64,000 nucleotides of DNA, taken from Macrostomum lignano. Taxonomy: Eukaryota. Location of the stretch: NCBI GenBank assembly GCA_002269645.1, contig NIVC01000032.1, positions 744,001 through 808,000 of the forward strand, written 5' to 3'. The stretch's first letter is position 1, and the number at the start of each line of letters is the position of its first letter. The translations under genes were made by a program, and so were the position numbers. Below are positions 13,110 to 26,745 of this stretch, one piece after another. The notes under the pieces were generated by a model. It saw only the letters and a list, made by a program, of their open reading frames with translations. It did not search any database and was not told the origin of the DNA.

Positions 13110-14290
13110 CATATACCCCTCTCTCCCCGATCACTTCCCTCTCACCCTCCATCTCCCTCCATCTCCCTCTCACCCTCAATCTCCCTCCCACCCTCCATCT
13201 CCTTCCCACCCTCCATCTCCCTCTAACCCTCCATCTCCCTCCATCTCCCTCCCAACCTCCATCTCCCTCCCACCTTCCATCTCCCACCCACCCTCAATCT
13301 CCCTCCCACCCTCTATCTCCCTCACACCCTCCATCTCCCTCCCACCCTCCATCTCCCTCTCACCCTCCATCTCCCTCTCACCCTCAATCTCCCTCCCACC
13401 CTCCATCTCCTTCCCACCCTCCATCTCCCTCTAACCCTCCATCTCCCTCCATCTCCCTCTTAACCTCCATCTCCCTCCCACCTTCCATCTCCCACCCACC
13501 CTCAATCTCCCTCCCACCCTCCATCTCCGTCTCACCCTCCATCTCCCTCCCACCCTTTATCTCCCTCACACCCTCCATCTCCCTCCCACCCTCCATCTCC
13601 CTCTCACCCTCCATCTCCCTCTCACCCTCCATCTCCCTCCCACCCTCCATCTCCTTCCCACCCTCCATCTCCCTCTAACCCTCCATCTCCCTCCATCTCC
13701 CTCCATCTCCCTCCCACCTTCCATCTCCCACCCACCCTCAATCTCCCTCCCACCCTCTATCTCCCTCCCACCCTCCATCTCCCTCCCACCCTCCATCTCC
13801 GTCTCACCCTCCATCTCCCTCCCACCCTCTATCTCCCTCACACCCTCCATCTCCCTCCCACCCTCCATCTCCCTCTCACCCTCCATCTCCCTCTCACCCT
13901 CAATCTCCCTCCCACCCTCCATCTCCTTCCCACCCTCCATCTCCCTCTAACCCTCCATCTCCCTCCATCTCCCTCTTAACCTCCATCTCCCTCCCACCTT
14001 CCATCTCCCACCCACCCTCAATCTCCCTCCCACCCTCTATCTCCCTCCCACCCTCCATCTCCCTCCCACCCTCCATCTCCGTCTCACCCTCCATCTCCCT
14101 CCCACCCTCCATCTCCTTCTCACCCTCCATCTCCCTCCCACCTTCCATCTCCCACCCACCCTCAATCTCCCTCCCACCCTCTATCTCCCTCCCACCCTCC
14201 ATCTCCCTTCCCACCCTCCATCTCCGTCTCACCCTCCATCTCCCTCTAACGCTCCATCTCCCTCTCATCCTCCATTTTCCTCTCACCCCT
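13110..14290 (+). repeat. Polypyrimidine ~18-bp minisatellite (CCCTCCATCTCCCTCCCA)n with higher-order blocks
   Basis: Direct inspection. Confidence 0.95.
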
Positions 14291-14904
14291 TAAATCCCCA
14301 TCCTGGATTCTCACCGACCCCAACTCAGACTTCCCACAGTGTAACTAACTGATGTTCCCACATCAGGCCAATGTCAGGCAGACAGTTCAACCAATGGGAT
14401 CATGTGGGAGCGGAGCTTTTTTAGATTAAGAAGCCTCCTCATAAGCCTATAAGCCAGCAAGCTAAAGTGTGATTTCTACGCTCTAAAAAATAGAAAAAGA
14501 TATTTTTTGCAAATCTGCATAGCTTTTAAAACTAGCAAGAAAATATCCTCATTGCAGGTAAGCCTTACCAAAACAAACTGCTTAATTAATTAAAAATTAA
14601 AGTTGAAAGAAAAGCAAAAATTTTTATCAGGATAATACCAGTACTTAGTTATCTTTAAAATTGAGCATTCAAAACAAGTCATCGACTGAGATGATAACGG
14701 CATGGTGGTTTCAGGGTCAATTGAAGGTGAAAATAGTAATGAAGCTTTTGAAATTGTCTGAATTCTTAGAGTTTTAAAAGGCGTGAGAGCCCTGCTTTTT
14801 GTAGTGGGTCTTTGCAGTTGGGTTCTTTTTCTGGAACTTCGATGGTTTTCTTTTAATTAATTTAATCACCCCTTTCACCTTCATCTCTGTCTTCTTCTCT
14901 CCAT

Positions 14905-16135
14905 CAGATCCTCAGTTGCTGGGCCAGTCTCCCAGAGTGTCAGTTTCTGGGCCAGTCTCCCAGAGTGTCAGTTTCTGGGCCAGTCTCCCAGAGTGTCAGT
15001 TTCTGGGCCAGCCTCTCAGAGTGTCAGTTTCTGGGCCAGCCTCCCAGAGTGTCAGTTTCTGGGCAAGCCTCCCAGAGTGTCAGTTTCTGGGCCAGTCTCC
15101 CATGCAGAGTGTCAGTCTCCCAGATCCTCAGTTTCTGGGCCATGCAGTCTCCCAGATCCTCAGTTGCTGGGTCATGCAGTCTCCCAGATCCTCAGTTGCT
15201 GGGCCATGCAGTTTCTCAGATCCTCAGTTGCTGGGCCATGCAGTCTCCCAGATCCTCAGTTGCTGGGCCATGCAGTTTCTCAGATCCTCAGTTGCTGGGC
15301 CATGCAGTCTCCCAGATCCTCAGTTGCTGGGCCATGCAGTCTCCCAGATCCTCAGTTGCTGGGCCATGCAGTCTCCCAGATCCTCAGTTGCTGGGCCATG
15401 CAGTTTCTCAGATCCTCAGTTGCTGGGCCATGCAGTCTCCCAGATCCTCAGTTGCTGGGCCATGCAGTTTCTCAGATCCTCAGTTGCTGGGTCATGCAGT
15501 CTCCCAGATCCTCAGTTGCTGGGCCATGCAGTCTCCCAGATCCTCAGTTGCTGGGCCATGCAGTTTCTCAGATCCTCAGTTGCTGGGCCATGCAGTCTCC
15601 CAGATCCTCAGTTGCTGGGCCATGCAGTCTCCCAGATCCTCAGTTGCTGGGCCATGCAGTCTCCCAGATCCTCAGTTGCTGGGCCAGCCTTCCACCAGAT
15701 CCCCAGTTGCTGGGCCATGCAGTCTCCCAGATCCCCAGTTGCTGGGCCATGCAGTCTCCCAGATCCTCAGTTGCTGGGCCATGCAGTCTCCCAGATCCTC
15801 AGTTGCTGGGCCATGCAGTCTCCCAGATCCTCAGTTGCTGGGCCATGCAGTCTCCCAGATCCTCAGTTGCTGGGCCATGCAGTCTCCCAGATCCTCAGTT
15901 GCTGGGCCAGCCTTCCACCAGATCCCCAGTTGCTGGGCCATGCAGTCTCCCAGATCCCCAGTTGCTGGGCCATGCAGTCTCCCAGATCCTCAGTTGCTGG
16001 GCCATGCAGTCTCCCAGATCCTCAGTTGCTGGGCCATGCAGTCTCCCAGATCCTCAGTTGCTGGGCCAGCCTCCCAGATCCCCAGTTGCTGGGCCATGCA
16101 GTCTCCCAGATCCTCAGTTGCTGGGCCAGTCTCCC
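14905..16135 (+). repeat. 28/32-bp minisatellite (CAGTCTCCCAGATCCTCAGTTGCTGGGCCATG)n
   Basis: Tandem units; the 32-aa periodic ORFs equal 3 x 32 nt. Confidence 0.95.
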
Positions 16136-16165
16136 GCATATTTAAGAGCATTCCGAAATTCGAGC

Positions 16166-16938
16166 GTCATACTCATACTCATACTCATACTCATACTCAT
16201 ACTCATACTCATACTCATACTCATACTTATACTCATACTCATACTCATACTCATACTCATACTCATACTCATACTCATACTCATACTCATACTCATACTC
16301 ATTCTCATACTCATACTCATACTAATACTCATACTCATACTCATACTCATACTCATACTAATACTCATACTCATACTCATACTAATACTCATACTCATAC
16401 TCATACTCATTCTCATACTCATACTCATACTCATACTCATACTCATACTAATACTCATACTCATACTCATACTCATTCTCATACTCATACTCATACTCAT
16501 ACTCATACTCATACTCATACTCATACTCATACTCATACTCATACTCATACTCATACTCATACTCATACTAATACTCATACTCATACTCATACTAATACTC
16601 ATACTCATACTCATACTCATTCTCATACTCATACTCATACTCATACTCATACTCATACTCATACTCATACTCATACTCATACTCATACTCATTCTTATAC
16701 TCATACTCATACTCATTCTCATACTCATACTCATACTCATACTCATACTCATACTCATACTCATACTCATACTCATACTCATACTCATACTCATACTCAT
16801 ACTCATACTCATACTCATACTCATACTCATACTCATACTCATACTCATACTCATACTCATACTCATACTCATACTCATACTCATACTCATACTCATACTC
16901 ATACTCATACTCATACTCATACTCATACTCATACTCAT
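16166..16938 (+). repeat. (ACTCAT)n hexanucleotide microsatellite
   Basis: Direct inspection. Confidence 0.98.
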
Positions 16939-17376
16939 ACGCCACCGTCTTTAAAGGCTGTAATTATACGAGCATGTATGCGAAGGTATTAATAAAATAT
17001 CGATTTTGGTGAAAAAATCGATAACACTAAGTGGGTGTTTCGCAGTATGTACAAGTACAAATCCTAAAAATTCTCCCAGCTCAATTGCCAGTGCACAAGG
17101 CGGGCGGGGGGATTATACTATTACATAGCTGAGAAACTGTGAACAAAGCGATAAGCCCCGAGATCGGGGTGGTAAACCAAGCTTAGCATTTGTAATCTCG
17201 CTAGCAATCAGAAGGAGAAATAAAGAATGAGTCGTTCTGATCACAGAAAATCTTACACTTCCGTTTGGGACTCGGTTTGCGGATCAGTCCTCGGACTAGT
17301 ATGCAAAATAACAGAAAGATCTTTTTGCTGGTGAGGCCCAACCGCGAAGCCAACTTCCGTTCGCAGAAATTCTCAA

Positions 17377-17785
17377 CCTGAATGTCTACTACTGTTTATC
17401 TACCTGAATGTCTACTACTGTTTATCTACCTGAATGTCTACTACTGTTTATCTACCTGAATGTCTACTACTGTTTATCTACCTGAATGTCTACTACTGTT
17501 TATCTACCTGAATGTCTACTACTGTTTATCTACCTGAATGTCTACTACTGTTTATCTACCTGAATGTCTACTACTGTTTATCTACCTGAATGTCTACTAC
17601 TGTTTATCTACCTGAATGTCTACTACTGTTTATCTACCTGAATGTCTACTACTGTTTATCTACCTGAATGTCTACTGCTGTAATTAGTAGTAGATAATCT
17701 ACCTGATCTACCTGAATGTCTACTGCTGTTTATCTACCTGAATGTCTACTGCTTTTTGTCTATCTACCTGAATGTCTACTGCTGT
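17377..17785 (+). repeat. 26-bp minisatellite (CTACCTGAATGTCTACTACTGTTTAT)n
   Basis: Direct inspection. Confidence 0.95.
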
Positions 17786-18889
17786 TTATTCATCTAAATA
17801 CGCATTTTTGGTTATCTACACGACTGTCTACTTTTAAGTGATCTACACGTACTGGAATGTGCATCTATCCGAGTGCCTGCATTTTAATTTTATCTCATTT
17901 CAATTCAATTTCAAGGTCAATTCATTCAATTCATCTACTCTTCATCAAGCGAGCCACTTTACCTGATTTCTAATTGATTAATCTACCCAATTCCGCTACG
18001 AACTAATTCATGCTTGTCTATTTGCATTTCTCCTCGTCGGGACAAATTCTTATAGCCATACTAAATCACCAAGTTTATCACCAACTCTCAAATATTTCGG
18101 AACTAAACTAAATAAAAAATAAGGTTAATTGGGTTCCTTTTGCCAGGTTTTCCTGCGCAAAACTTTTTTTGTTTTCTCCGAGGCACTAAAAAATTCTAAA
18201 AAGGAGGTAATGTCGTTAATGCGTTGAGCCTGAAACCAGGGAAGTCGTACTCGATCAGTGAGTCTACAGCGCTCAGGCAGCTGTCACAACTGTTCACTGC
18301 AACTGGAGACCAATACTCAATCTATCGATTTTCATTATTATTTCTCTAACGCCCTATTTCTTATGCTCTATAGCTAATCTTTTATTTCGCTTTTCAAGAG
18401 TACTTGAAGGCAGGCAGCTCGTCCGCTCGCGTGCGTTTTCTCCTATTTAACGCCCCCTCATATGCACACAACGAGAGCTGGGTTAATTTCCAAATCCATA
18501 CAGCTCTATTTTCATTTAGCTATCTGGGCTCCCGTGTCTTCACGCCGCGAATTTGCCTTCTCTCTCTCTCGCTCACCAGCAGATAGCTACTCCTATTGGA
18601 GGGGAATGAATGGTTCGTACACAACACGGTCTAGCGGAGGCTTGGAGCCACGCACACGTCCTGCAAGACAGCTCACGCCCGCGCGTCTCTCACTCTCTGC
18701 AGCCGCACCGTTCAGCGTTGGGTCGTATTTCAATTTGTTCAATCCCAAAAATACCCGATCAAGCCAACCCACCGTGTACCTCCCCTTTCTCCGCCAGTTT
18801 TTTTCTGTTCAGCCAAGTCCTTTGCTACCTACTACTCCGCCTCCGCCTCCTCCAGTAGATTATGGCCTGTGACTCTTGGGAATACGTGG

Positions 18890-18928
<39 letters not shown>

Positions 18929-19989
18929 GAGGAAAGAATGGGGGTAAAGCATTTCAGTTTGATCGGCAAACACTGCGGCTGAAAAAAATCCTTCTTGCTA
19001 GCGAATCTAGACAGAGCGAGACAGAGCGGCTATAGGAGCTGACCATTGTCCGTCAGAGTAGTTCTGAGTTCTGGGAGTCTACTCGCTCTCTCTTTCTCTT
19101 TCTCTCTCTCTTCAAGAGGAGAATAGTAGAGGATTGACGCCCCACGCACGCAGCGAGAGTCTTCAGAGTTTCATAGCAGTGCTACACTTCGCGCCCACAG
19201 AAGAGTCCAGTTACTCAAATCGAAAGTTCCTCTGCAGCTTTCCAGCCCTCCGTCTCACTTTGTCCGCAAAAATATTTCTATTCCTCTGACAGAAAGATAG
19301 TGTGAAAGCCAATCTATACACCCATTCAGCTTTAGTCTGCTATTGCAGCTTTGAGAAGGCAGCTCAACAACTGTCAGTTGCCGTTATAAATTGAGTCTAA
19401 CGGACAGCAGTAGATTTTTTTCTTAATCCTCTCCCCGCCTCACCTTCTCAACTCCAGTACGCTGTTCTCCGATTTTTCGCTAGATTTTTTCACTAGAAAA
19501 GTTGAGTTGTCTTCGATTACTGCTCACTGCCCCACCCAGCCGGCAACCCTCGCCTCAAGTTGTTGCCACAGGTTCAATAGCTGAGACTTGACAAATATTA
19601 CTTGCTGACACATCTGTCGACAGACCAAAACTAAGCGCTTGGCTCTTCAATTTCTGTCTTTCCCTATCTCGATGCGGTGGTAAGTGAGAATCCTGCATGC
19701 CATTTTTTGCCTTTTATGCGTCGAAATTTGAGCTTCTCAAATAAATAGTTTGCATCTTCAGTCTAAAGAATTTCTTCCAGTTTCTTCGTGACATCAGAAA
19801 CATATTTTCTTAAAAGAGCTTATATGCCATTTTGACGACATCATTTACAGGTTATAATTTCTGGAATTTATTTTTTATCAATAATGAATTGGAGTACGAA
19901 TTATTTGCACCTGTAAAGCCACTAGACTTATTATTATCATGTGTATCCAATGCAACATCTACCATGACTCCAAATATTTATATACTTTT

Positions 19990-20720
19990 GCGTCCACATT
20001 CGCATCCACATCCGCATCCACATTCTCATCTGCATCTACATCCACATCCGCATCCACATTCTCATCTGCATCTACATTCACATCCGCATCCACATTCTCA
20101 TCTGCATCTACATCCACATCCGCATCCACATTCTCATCTGCATCTACATTCACATCCGCATCCACATTAGTATCTACACCTGCGACTACATCCACATCCA
20201 TATCCGCATCCACATTAATATCTACACCTGCGACCACATCCGCATCCACACCCGCGTCCACATCCACGTCCACATCCACATCCGCATTCACATCCGCATC
20301 CACATCCACATCCGCATCTACATCCACATCCGCATCTGCATCTACATCCGCATCCACGTCCACATCCGCATCTACATCCACATCCGCATCTGCATCTACA
20401 TCCGCATCCACGTCCACATCCGCATCCACATCCGCATCCACATCTGCATCCACATCCGCATTCGCATCCACATCCACATCCACATCCGCATCCACATCCA
20501 CATCTACATGCACATCCACATCCGCATCCTCATCCACATCCGCATCCACATCCACATCCACATCCACATCCACATCGCATTCGCATCCGCATCCACATCC
20601 GCATCCACATCCACATCCACATCCACATCGGATTCGCATCCGCATCCACATCCGCATCCACATCCACATCCACATCCACATCGCATTCGCATCCGCACCC
20701 ACATCCGCATCCACATTCCA
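19990..20720 (+). repeat. Mosaic hexamer repeat (ACATCC/GCATCC/GCATCT)n upstream of the SK start, probably in a 5'UTR intron
   Basis: Direct inspection. Candidate donor gtaagt at 19680 and acceptor gctgcag at 20752-20753. Confidence 0.92.
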
Positions 20721-20774
20721 CGCAACCCCCAGGAGCCCACACATTAGCTGCAGCGGCTGCATTGTTGAGTTGGC

Positions 20775-23700
20775 ATGAGCGGCAAGGCGCAGGGCAGCAG
20801 TATAGTCGAGGACCCCGGCATACCTTTAGTCGGCAAAGGCGGCAGCATGAATGGCAGCAGCTACGGTTCGTCTGTCGGCGAGCAGCCTAAGACCTACAAA
20901 TACGAGAATGTTGGCGCTCGTTTGGCCCGTCGGAAGGAGCTATTCGTTAGGCGGAAGCTAATCGCCGATTTGAGCTTATTCTTTGCCATGCTTGGCATCG
21001 TGCTAATGATTGTTGAAACCGAGTTGTGCATGGCGAACGTGTTCAACAAAGGCCAGCCCGGATCTATCATCGTGAAGAGTCTAATTAGCATTACCACGGC
21101 CATTCTTCTTGGTTTTATCACCTGGTACCACTACTTGGACATCAAGGTATTCATGATTGATAACTCCATCGATGACTGGCGGCTAGCCATCACTATGTCG
21201 CGAGGTTTCCATCTCGCTCTTGAGCTGCTGGTGTGTGCCGTGCACCCGATACCAGGACAGCACGAAGTCCAGATGCTGGTGTACGATGACACCAAGAGAG
21301 TGCGACTGCTTCAGGTAAGTTATGTTGTTTAATAATATACAAGTCACTCCAGTGAGTGAAGTCAAGGAGTTATTTCCATGTTGAGTAGGAACTTTTAGGA
21401 CTTTGATTCATAGTTTGCTTTCATATCCGCATCGGTATATGCATAATTCGAGCTACGGCTAGTATAAATACAAGCTCAAATCCGCTTTAGTAGGGACTTT
21501 ACTGATTAACTGATAGTTACAGCCTTTTTACCGATTAATTAACAAAAAATCGTTTCCTGCTCTGCTCAGGTGATTCCTATCGACGTAATCTTCAGTCTGC
21601 CCATGTTTCTAAGATTCTATCTGGTCTGCCGAGTCATGATGCTGCACAGTCGCCTGTACCAGGACGCTTCATCGCAGAGTCTGGGCGCTTTGAATAGGAT
21701 CCACTTTAACTTCCGGTTCATCTTCAAATCCTTGATGAATCTCTATCCAGAGTACGTTCTAACAGTAATGGCTCTGTTCCTGTTCATCTGGGCATCTTGG
21801 GCAGTTCGCGCCTGCGAGATGTACCACGGCCAGGAGCACAGGAACTTTCTAAACAGCATGTGGATGACGGCCATCACATTTCTAACTGTTGGATACGGCG
21901 ACATTGTACCGGCGTCTTACTGCGGTCGAGGCATTGCCGTGCTCACTGGTAAGTAAAAAATTAGGCCAAGGGATTCCGGCCTTTCGAGTTTAAATCTGTG
22001 GTAGAATCATCCAGTCCAAAGTCCGCGGCGTATGACCACGAAGCTGAACTATCGAATACTCCTAGTAGTTTCTAGGAAAAATAGGTGACTGTTTGAGTGG
22101 GGCAGAGTTGCCTAGCGGTAAATTCGCCTAACTTACGAACAACGAACCCCTGGTTTGAATTCTTACTAAGCCACATTCATTTGGGGCTTGTGCCAAAACC
22201 TCCAAGGCACAAAGTGTACATGCCTGAATATTAGAAAGTCAGGACCCCTGTGCACCCTGTGTGAGCGTGTGTATGAGTGCTCGACTGCGCGCTTGTACGA
22301 AATGTGCTCACGAGTCAGCGGAATGGGTGGAATTCCCTCAGCGCTGGTTGCGGGACGATGTCGCCTAAGGCGTTTCGCCAGGTTGCAATTATTATTGCTA
22401 CATTTATTAATTCCTGTTTGAGGCGCTCTTCTGCACGAATAACGCACTAATCGACAGCGTGAAGAGTTTCAGGAATTATCTAGGCACCGACATTAGCAAA
22501 AGACACCATAGTTGTTTTGTTTTCCAAAAATTATTAAGATGTCAAACTCAGCAGTCTCAAAAGTATCAACTTAACGCTCCGCCGCTCCTAGTGTCAAAAA
22601 AGCTTTTAATCAAAGCAAATCTAAGGCATGAATCGGATAGCGCAATTTTGGCAGCCTACCTAGCTACTAAAGCATACCAAATTTGGTTGTCCAATACGCT
22701 CGATTCTATTTACAAAGTTCGATCGGCATGTATAGATATCTTGATCGGATTAACATGAACCTTCAACAACATGAAAATGTCGCGTCGCGAATGTAGGACA
22801 GCTTGCTGGAATGAATAGTAAAATCTGCATGTAACACTGACAAGCATGCAGGAGTTGTTAGCTTACAAAGTGCTTGCTCAAATTGGATTAGGGGCGCAAA
22901 TCTGGCATATGAAGAATAAAAAAGCTAACTTAGTAAGCTATGTATGAGTCAGACCTTCTTCCATACTGCCCACGCGTTGTAAAAAACAATTAAGCTTGAA
23001 ACGCAATCGACGAATGATTAGGTATATTTGGTAATTCTTGATCGACAAAATGACATGGGTATGAATGACAATTACTAACACTTTACCAACAGTTTATTAT
23101 TATCACAATGTCCATAGTATCACTTAATAACACTTTTTGGTCTCCTCACAAAAGACTTTACCATTAAGCCTGTTCTATTAATTCGTTCACTAAGAGCCAC
23201 ATTACCGACCGCTGTAAGGTGACCCACCAACAAGGCGTAGGGTAAATAGATTTCTGACGATAGAAAGCCAATTGGTCTCAGTGTACCCTGAGAAAAGTGT
23301 CTCGTATGTACCCGCGGGCATCTGCGTGCTCAAGGATCAGGTAAATGAGTATGGCTGATTTCCTAGTCTCCAAAAACTACGAGCAACTAAGCTAAAGTAC
23401 TTCTGTCTAAAACTGCACACAGGCCTCTTTGGCACCGGCGTCACGGCTCTGGTCGTTGCGGTGCTCGCCCGAAAACTCGAACTGTCTCGGGCAGAAAAAT
23501 ACGTGCACAACTTTGTCATCGATATTGAGCTGGACAAACAGGTGAAACACGCGGCGGCGAACATCCTTAAAGAGGGCTGGCTGTCCTACAAGTACAAAAA
23601 GGCTGGCAACACAGGCAAAACGTTGAAACACCAACGAAGACTTTTACACTCGATTCACCGGATCCGAGACCTTCGAGGCGATCAGAAGCGTCTAGCTGAC

Positions 23701-23850
23701 AGCTCGGTTAGCCTGACGGAGATGCATCGCAATCAGGCGTTTATGATGACCAGCTTGACCACCGTGCAGAGTCGCAGTCGAGAGATGGAGTCTCGTCTAG
23801 CCCGCATCGAGGACAAACTCGACAGACTGCTGCAACAGTCCAGGGCTTGA
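20775..23850 (+). CDS. KCNN: Small-conductance Ca2+-activated K+ channel (SK/KCa2), 448 aa
   Basis: Exons 20775-21314, 21570-21948, 23423-23850 (phases 0 and 1 consistent; 449 codons). Motifs: [25 protein letters not shown] (S1), [42 protein letters not shown] (S4), pore [13 protein letters not shown], CaM-binding AEKYVHNF...[14 protein letters not shown]-terminal coiled coil. Confidence 0.96.
22099..22390 (+). mobile_element. Diverged copy of tRNA-derived SINE family A in SK intron 2
   Basis: A-box-like TTGCCTAGCGG, B-box-like GGTTTGAATTC, then agccacattcatttggggct and a body that aligns with the copies at 59927 and 62432. Confidence 0.7.
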
Positions 23851-26065
23851 TTGAGTTAACTGACTGGCTGAGTTTCTATTGATGGAATTCTATGCAAGGT
23901 TCGTGCTGTCCCAAAAAGTTTGTTAGTTTGGCCAGATCCCTGGGTCGATAGTAATATCTCTGGATTTTCCTATAACAGAATATATTAAGGCTTTAATGCC
24001 CCTAAGAGGAGTTTTCATATATAGATAGCTATACCTAGCAAATAGTAATTTTGAGAAATAGATTAATCTCGACTCGGCATTTGTAGTGGTTGCTTGACGC
24101 TTGGACGGAATTAATTTGAGGATGACGATCAATGCCCAATGTTGAATAATAACCCAGTCTAAAAGCCTTGGGAAAATGCAGACTTGTTCAGCTTCGGTTC
24201 AGATGAAGTGCTTGCTACTCACTAAAGTATAGCTATCTTTATTGAGACGGTTCACATTGTCGCTAGTAACTCCCTCTGCGGGTCAAAGATTGCTCAAATC
24301 AATGTTCAATCGGTTCAGACCAAGTTAAAGTTTTATTATAACAATCTTGAGCACGCAGTGTCACTAGCGGTAGCTAATGTGATTTTTAGTTAGCGGTTGC
24401 TGTTCTCGATGTGATTGTGGAATATGGTTTACATTTATCCGCTGTTTTGCTGTCTTAGTGATAAAACTTTGTTCTTTTTGCGCACTCAACGTGTTTCAAT
24501 GGTCAACAATAAACAGTCAATGGTCTTTGGGTACCCGTTTTAATTTTTGTTTGTCTCTGAGTACAAGAATTGTGCAAACTTCATACTGTCAATTTTCTGT
24601 GTTGTCTAACTTTTCTGAGATTTTTCTGTTCAATTCTGTGAAACTTTCTAAATGAATTTGCTTGACAATTTTTTTCTTAAACATGTCTACTATGCAGCAA
24701 TCTTTCTGTTGCTTTCGCAGTCTGTTTTTTGGTATTTTGCTGATGTCTTTTCAAAATGTTTGCTAGCAATAGCCCGAAAAGGTCAGCAATTGTTCCTTGC
24801 ACAGACGGGCAGACGTTGCACCACCCAAAACCGTGATTCAAGGCATAAAATTGAGTGTATAGATTCGTCTTAATATTTGTTTTGGCTTGTGTTCTGTTCA
24901 GTCGTGTTTTTGTCCAATATTATTACGTTGTTTTGGATTAAAATTTGTTATAGAAGTTGTTGATGTCTTTTTTTCAAGCGTTGCCTTGTCGTTTCCGACG
25001 CTTATCGGCATGGTTGGAAAAAAAGTACTTTTACATCACAACGACGTTTGGCCGACGTAAAACGTTGTCATTCGTCGGAGTAATGTAAAAAGATCATGGC
25101 AAAGGAAATTTCCGGCTTCCTTGAATAAATGCCGATCAGATTAGTTTTTGCTGCTTCGAAGTCTGAGTTTTTTTGCAAATTTTGGTGCGTGATTTTGTCC
25201 CAATAAAATATTACAGTTATACTGCACTGTTATAATTCTTATTATATTTGCGAACTTAATATTAATACTATATTTTACGTTTTTTTTCAGGCGGAAGTGT
25301 TTAGTAGCTAAAATATGTCAAAGCCGCTGCAACTTAATTTATTGTTATTAGACAGGCGTACGCACCAAGCATTATTCGTTTATTTCTTATGGCACTACTC
25401 GCCAGACTTCTGCGCGCACCTACTACGACATGTTCGGGGTGATGATATTGTTTGTGTACGTGGTTATTGTGCGCTTAAACGCGTCATCTAGTGTTCATCT
25501 CTCCCTGCAGGCTATAAATGTGTATCGTCTCTTTCGAGATTAAAAAATTGCAATACCAGCAATATCTATATATTACCTCGCATATTTGGTTTCATGTCGA
25601 TAAAGAGCGTAAATATAATGAACGTTAATTATTTTTTTCTGTCGGCTTGTGTCCGTTTACAAACAAAAAATGGCCTCTTGAAGTATAAATGTATGCTCAC
25701 GTGTGTGTATCCTGTGCAGCATTCCGACGTCTGTCGCCGACAAATACAGTAGATGTCTTTTTACAGTACATCGTTTTATGATGATACATCTTCTAGAGAC
25801 GTTGAAACGTCGGATTGATTTTAGACACAAGGCCATATGTCTCCAGAACTGCGACCCAGAAACTTCAAAACATCCAGTCCGGCCCGCTCAATGTCCTCTT
25901 CTCAGCTTCCTTCTCTCTTTCCACTCTTTTCTTCACTCTTCTCAATTCTCTCCTTCCCCCCACTCACTTTATTCCCTCTTATTTTCCTCTCATATCCATG
26001 GCCCGTAACCATGAGCTAGTAGGTTCTGGCCCATGAGGTAAAAATTTTTTCCAAAATCTGCTCTA

Positions 26066-26745
26066 ATGATGGTCATCCCAAAAGTTTCAGCTAACACTTA
26101 TTTATTTTCAACAAACGAGTTGTCAGAACAACGAACTGCTCAAAGTCACTCAAAATAACTTTTACTGGTTTGAATCGTGCGTTCCCAGCTGCCAGGCAAC
26201 TTCTAGATGCCGTCAGCAGCGCCGGATTTGCAATGCGGCGGACCACGCTGAACAGGCAGGTCTAGGCAGTAAAACCGACGCCCTCAAAGCTGGTTTTTGA
26301 GCTTTGGGAAGACGTCGAAATCACACAGAGAATATGAGGTCTTTGGAGAGTAAGGAGGATGACAGGATGAGCAGAACCTCCCTCTGGTAGTCCCGCAGTA
26401 GGTCCTGCACAGTGAGTGCGGTGTGCGAGCTAGCATTGCCGTGCAGAAGGAGTGGACCAATTGCCAGGGTCTGTGGCCACTTCTTGCGCAGGACAGGCCA
26501 AAGATGATGAATTATGAAGCTCCGATAGTTCTGTTGGTTGATGTTTTTGCCCTCAGGAACGCGGTGGATGAGAATAATTCCAAACTGTCATTATCATCAT
26601 CATCATCATCTTCGCCGCAGAACCGATGGTCTCGATGACTGGGCAAAGCTTTTCGACTGCCACTCGGAGTTCTGGCTCTTGAGGTTGGGTTCGTACGAAC
26701 AGATCCATGTCTCCTCCAGCGAGACGTATAATAATAATATCAATT
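26066..26745 (-). pseudogene. Decayed mariner (Tc1/mariner, DD34D) transposase fragment with one terminal repeat
   Basis: Minus-strand translation across frameshifts and stops gives EETWICSYEPNLKSQNSEW (DETW motif), GIILIHRVPEGKNINQQNY, LHGNASSHTA (HDNA motif), HPPYSP..SLCDFDVFPKLKNQL*GRRF, ADGI*KLPGSWER. A mariner-like end TA|ATGATGGTCATCCCAAAAGTTTC lies at 26064-26090. Confidence 0.85.

Noticed and set aside
14905-16135. 32-bp partly palindromic repeat resembling a CRISPR array
   Set aside because: The units are contiguous with no unique spacers, there are no cas genes, and the context is eukaryotic.
14916-16992. Long ORFs of 409-675 aa (and the 523-aa ORF at 49040-50611, and the ORFs at 12201-14286, 39094-39713 and 57573-59027)
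   Set aside because: They are stop-free translations of tandem repeats, open in several frames, with no domain content.
19939-20778. 279-aa Ser/Thr/Ala mucin-like ORF whose stop overlaps the SK start (ATGA)
   Set aside because: It is made of the hexamer repeat and lies between a plausible donor and acceptor; the overlap is most likely chance.
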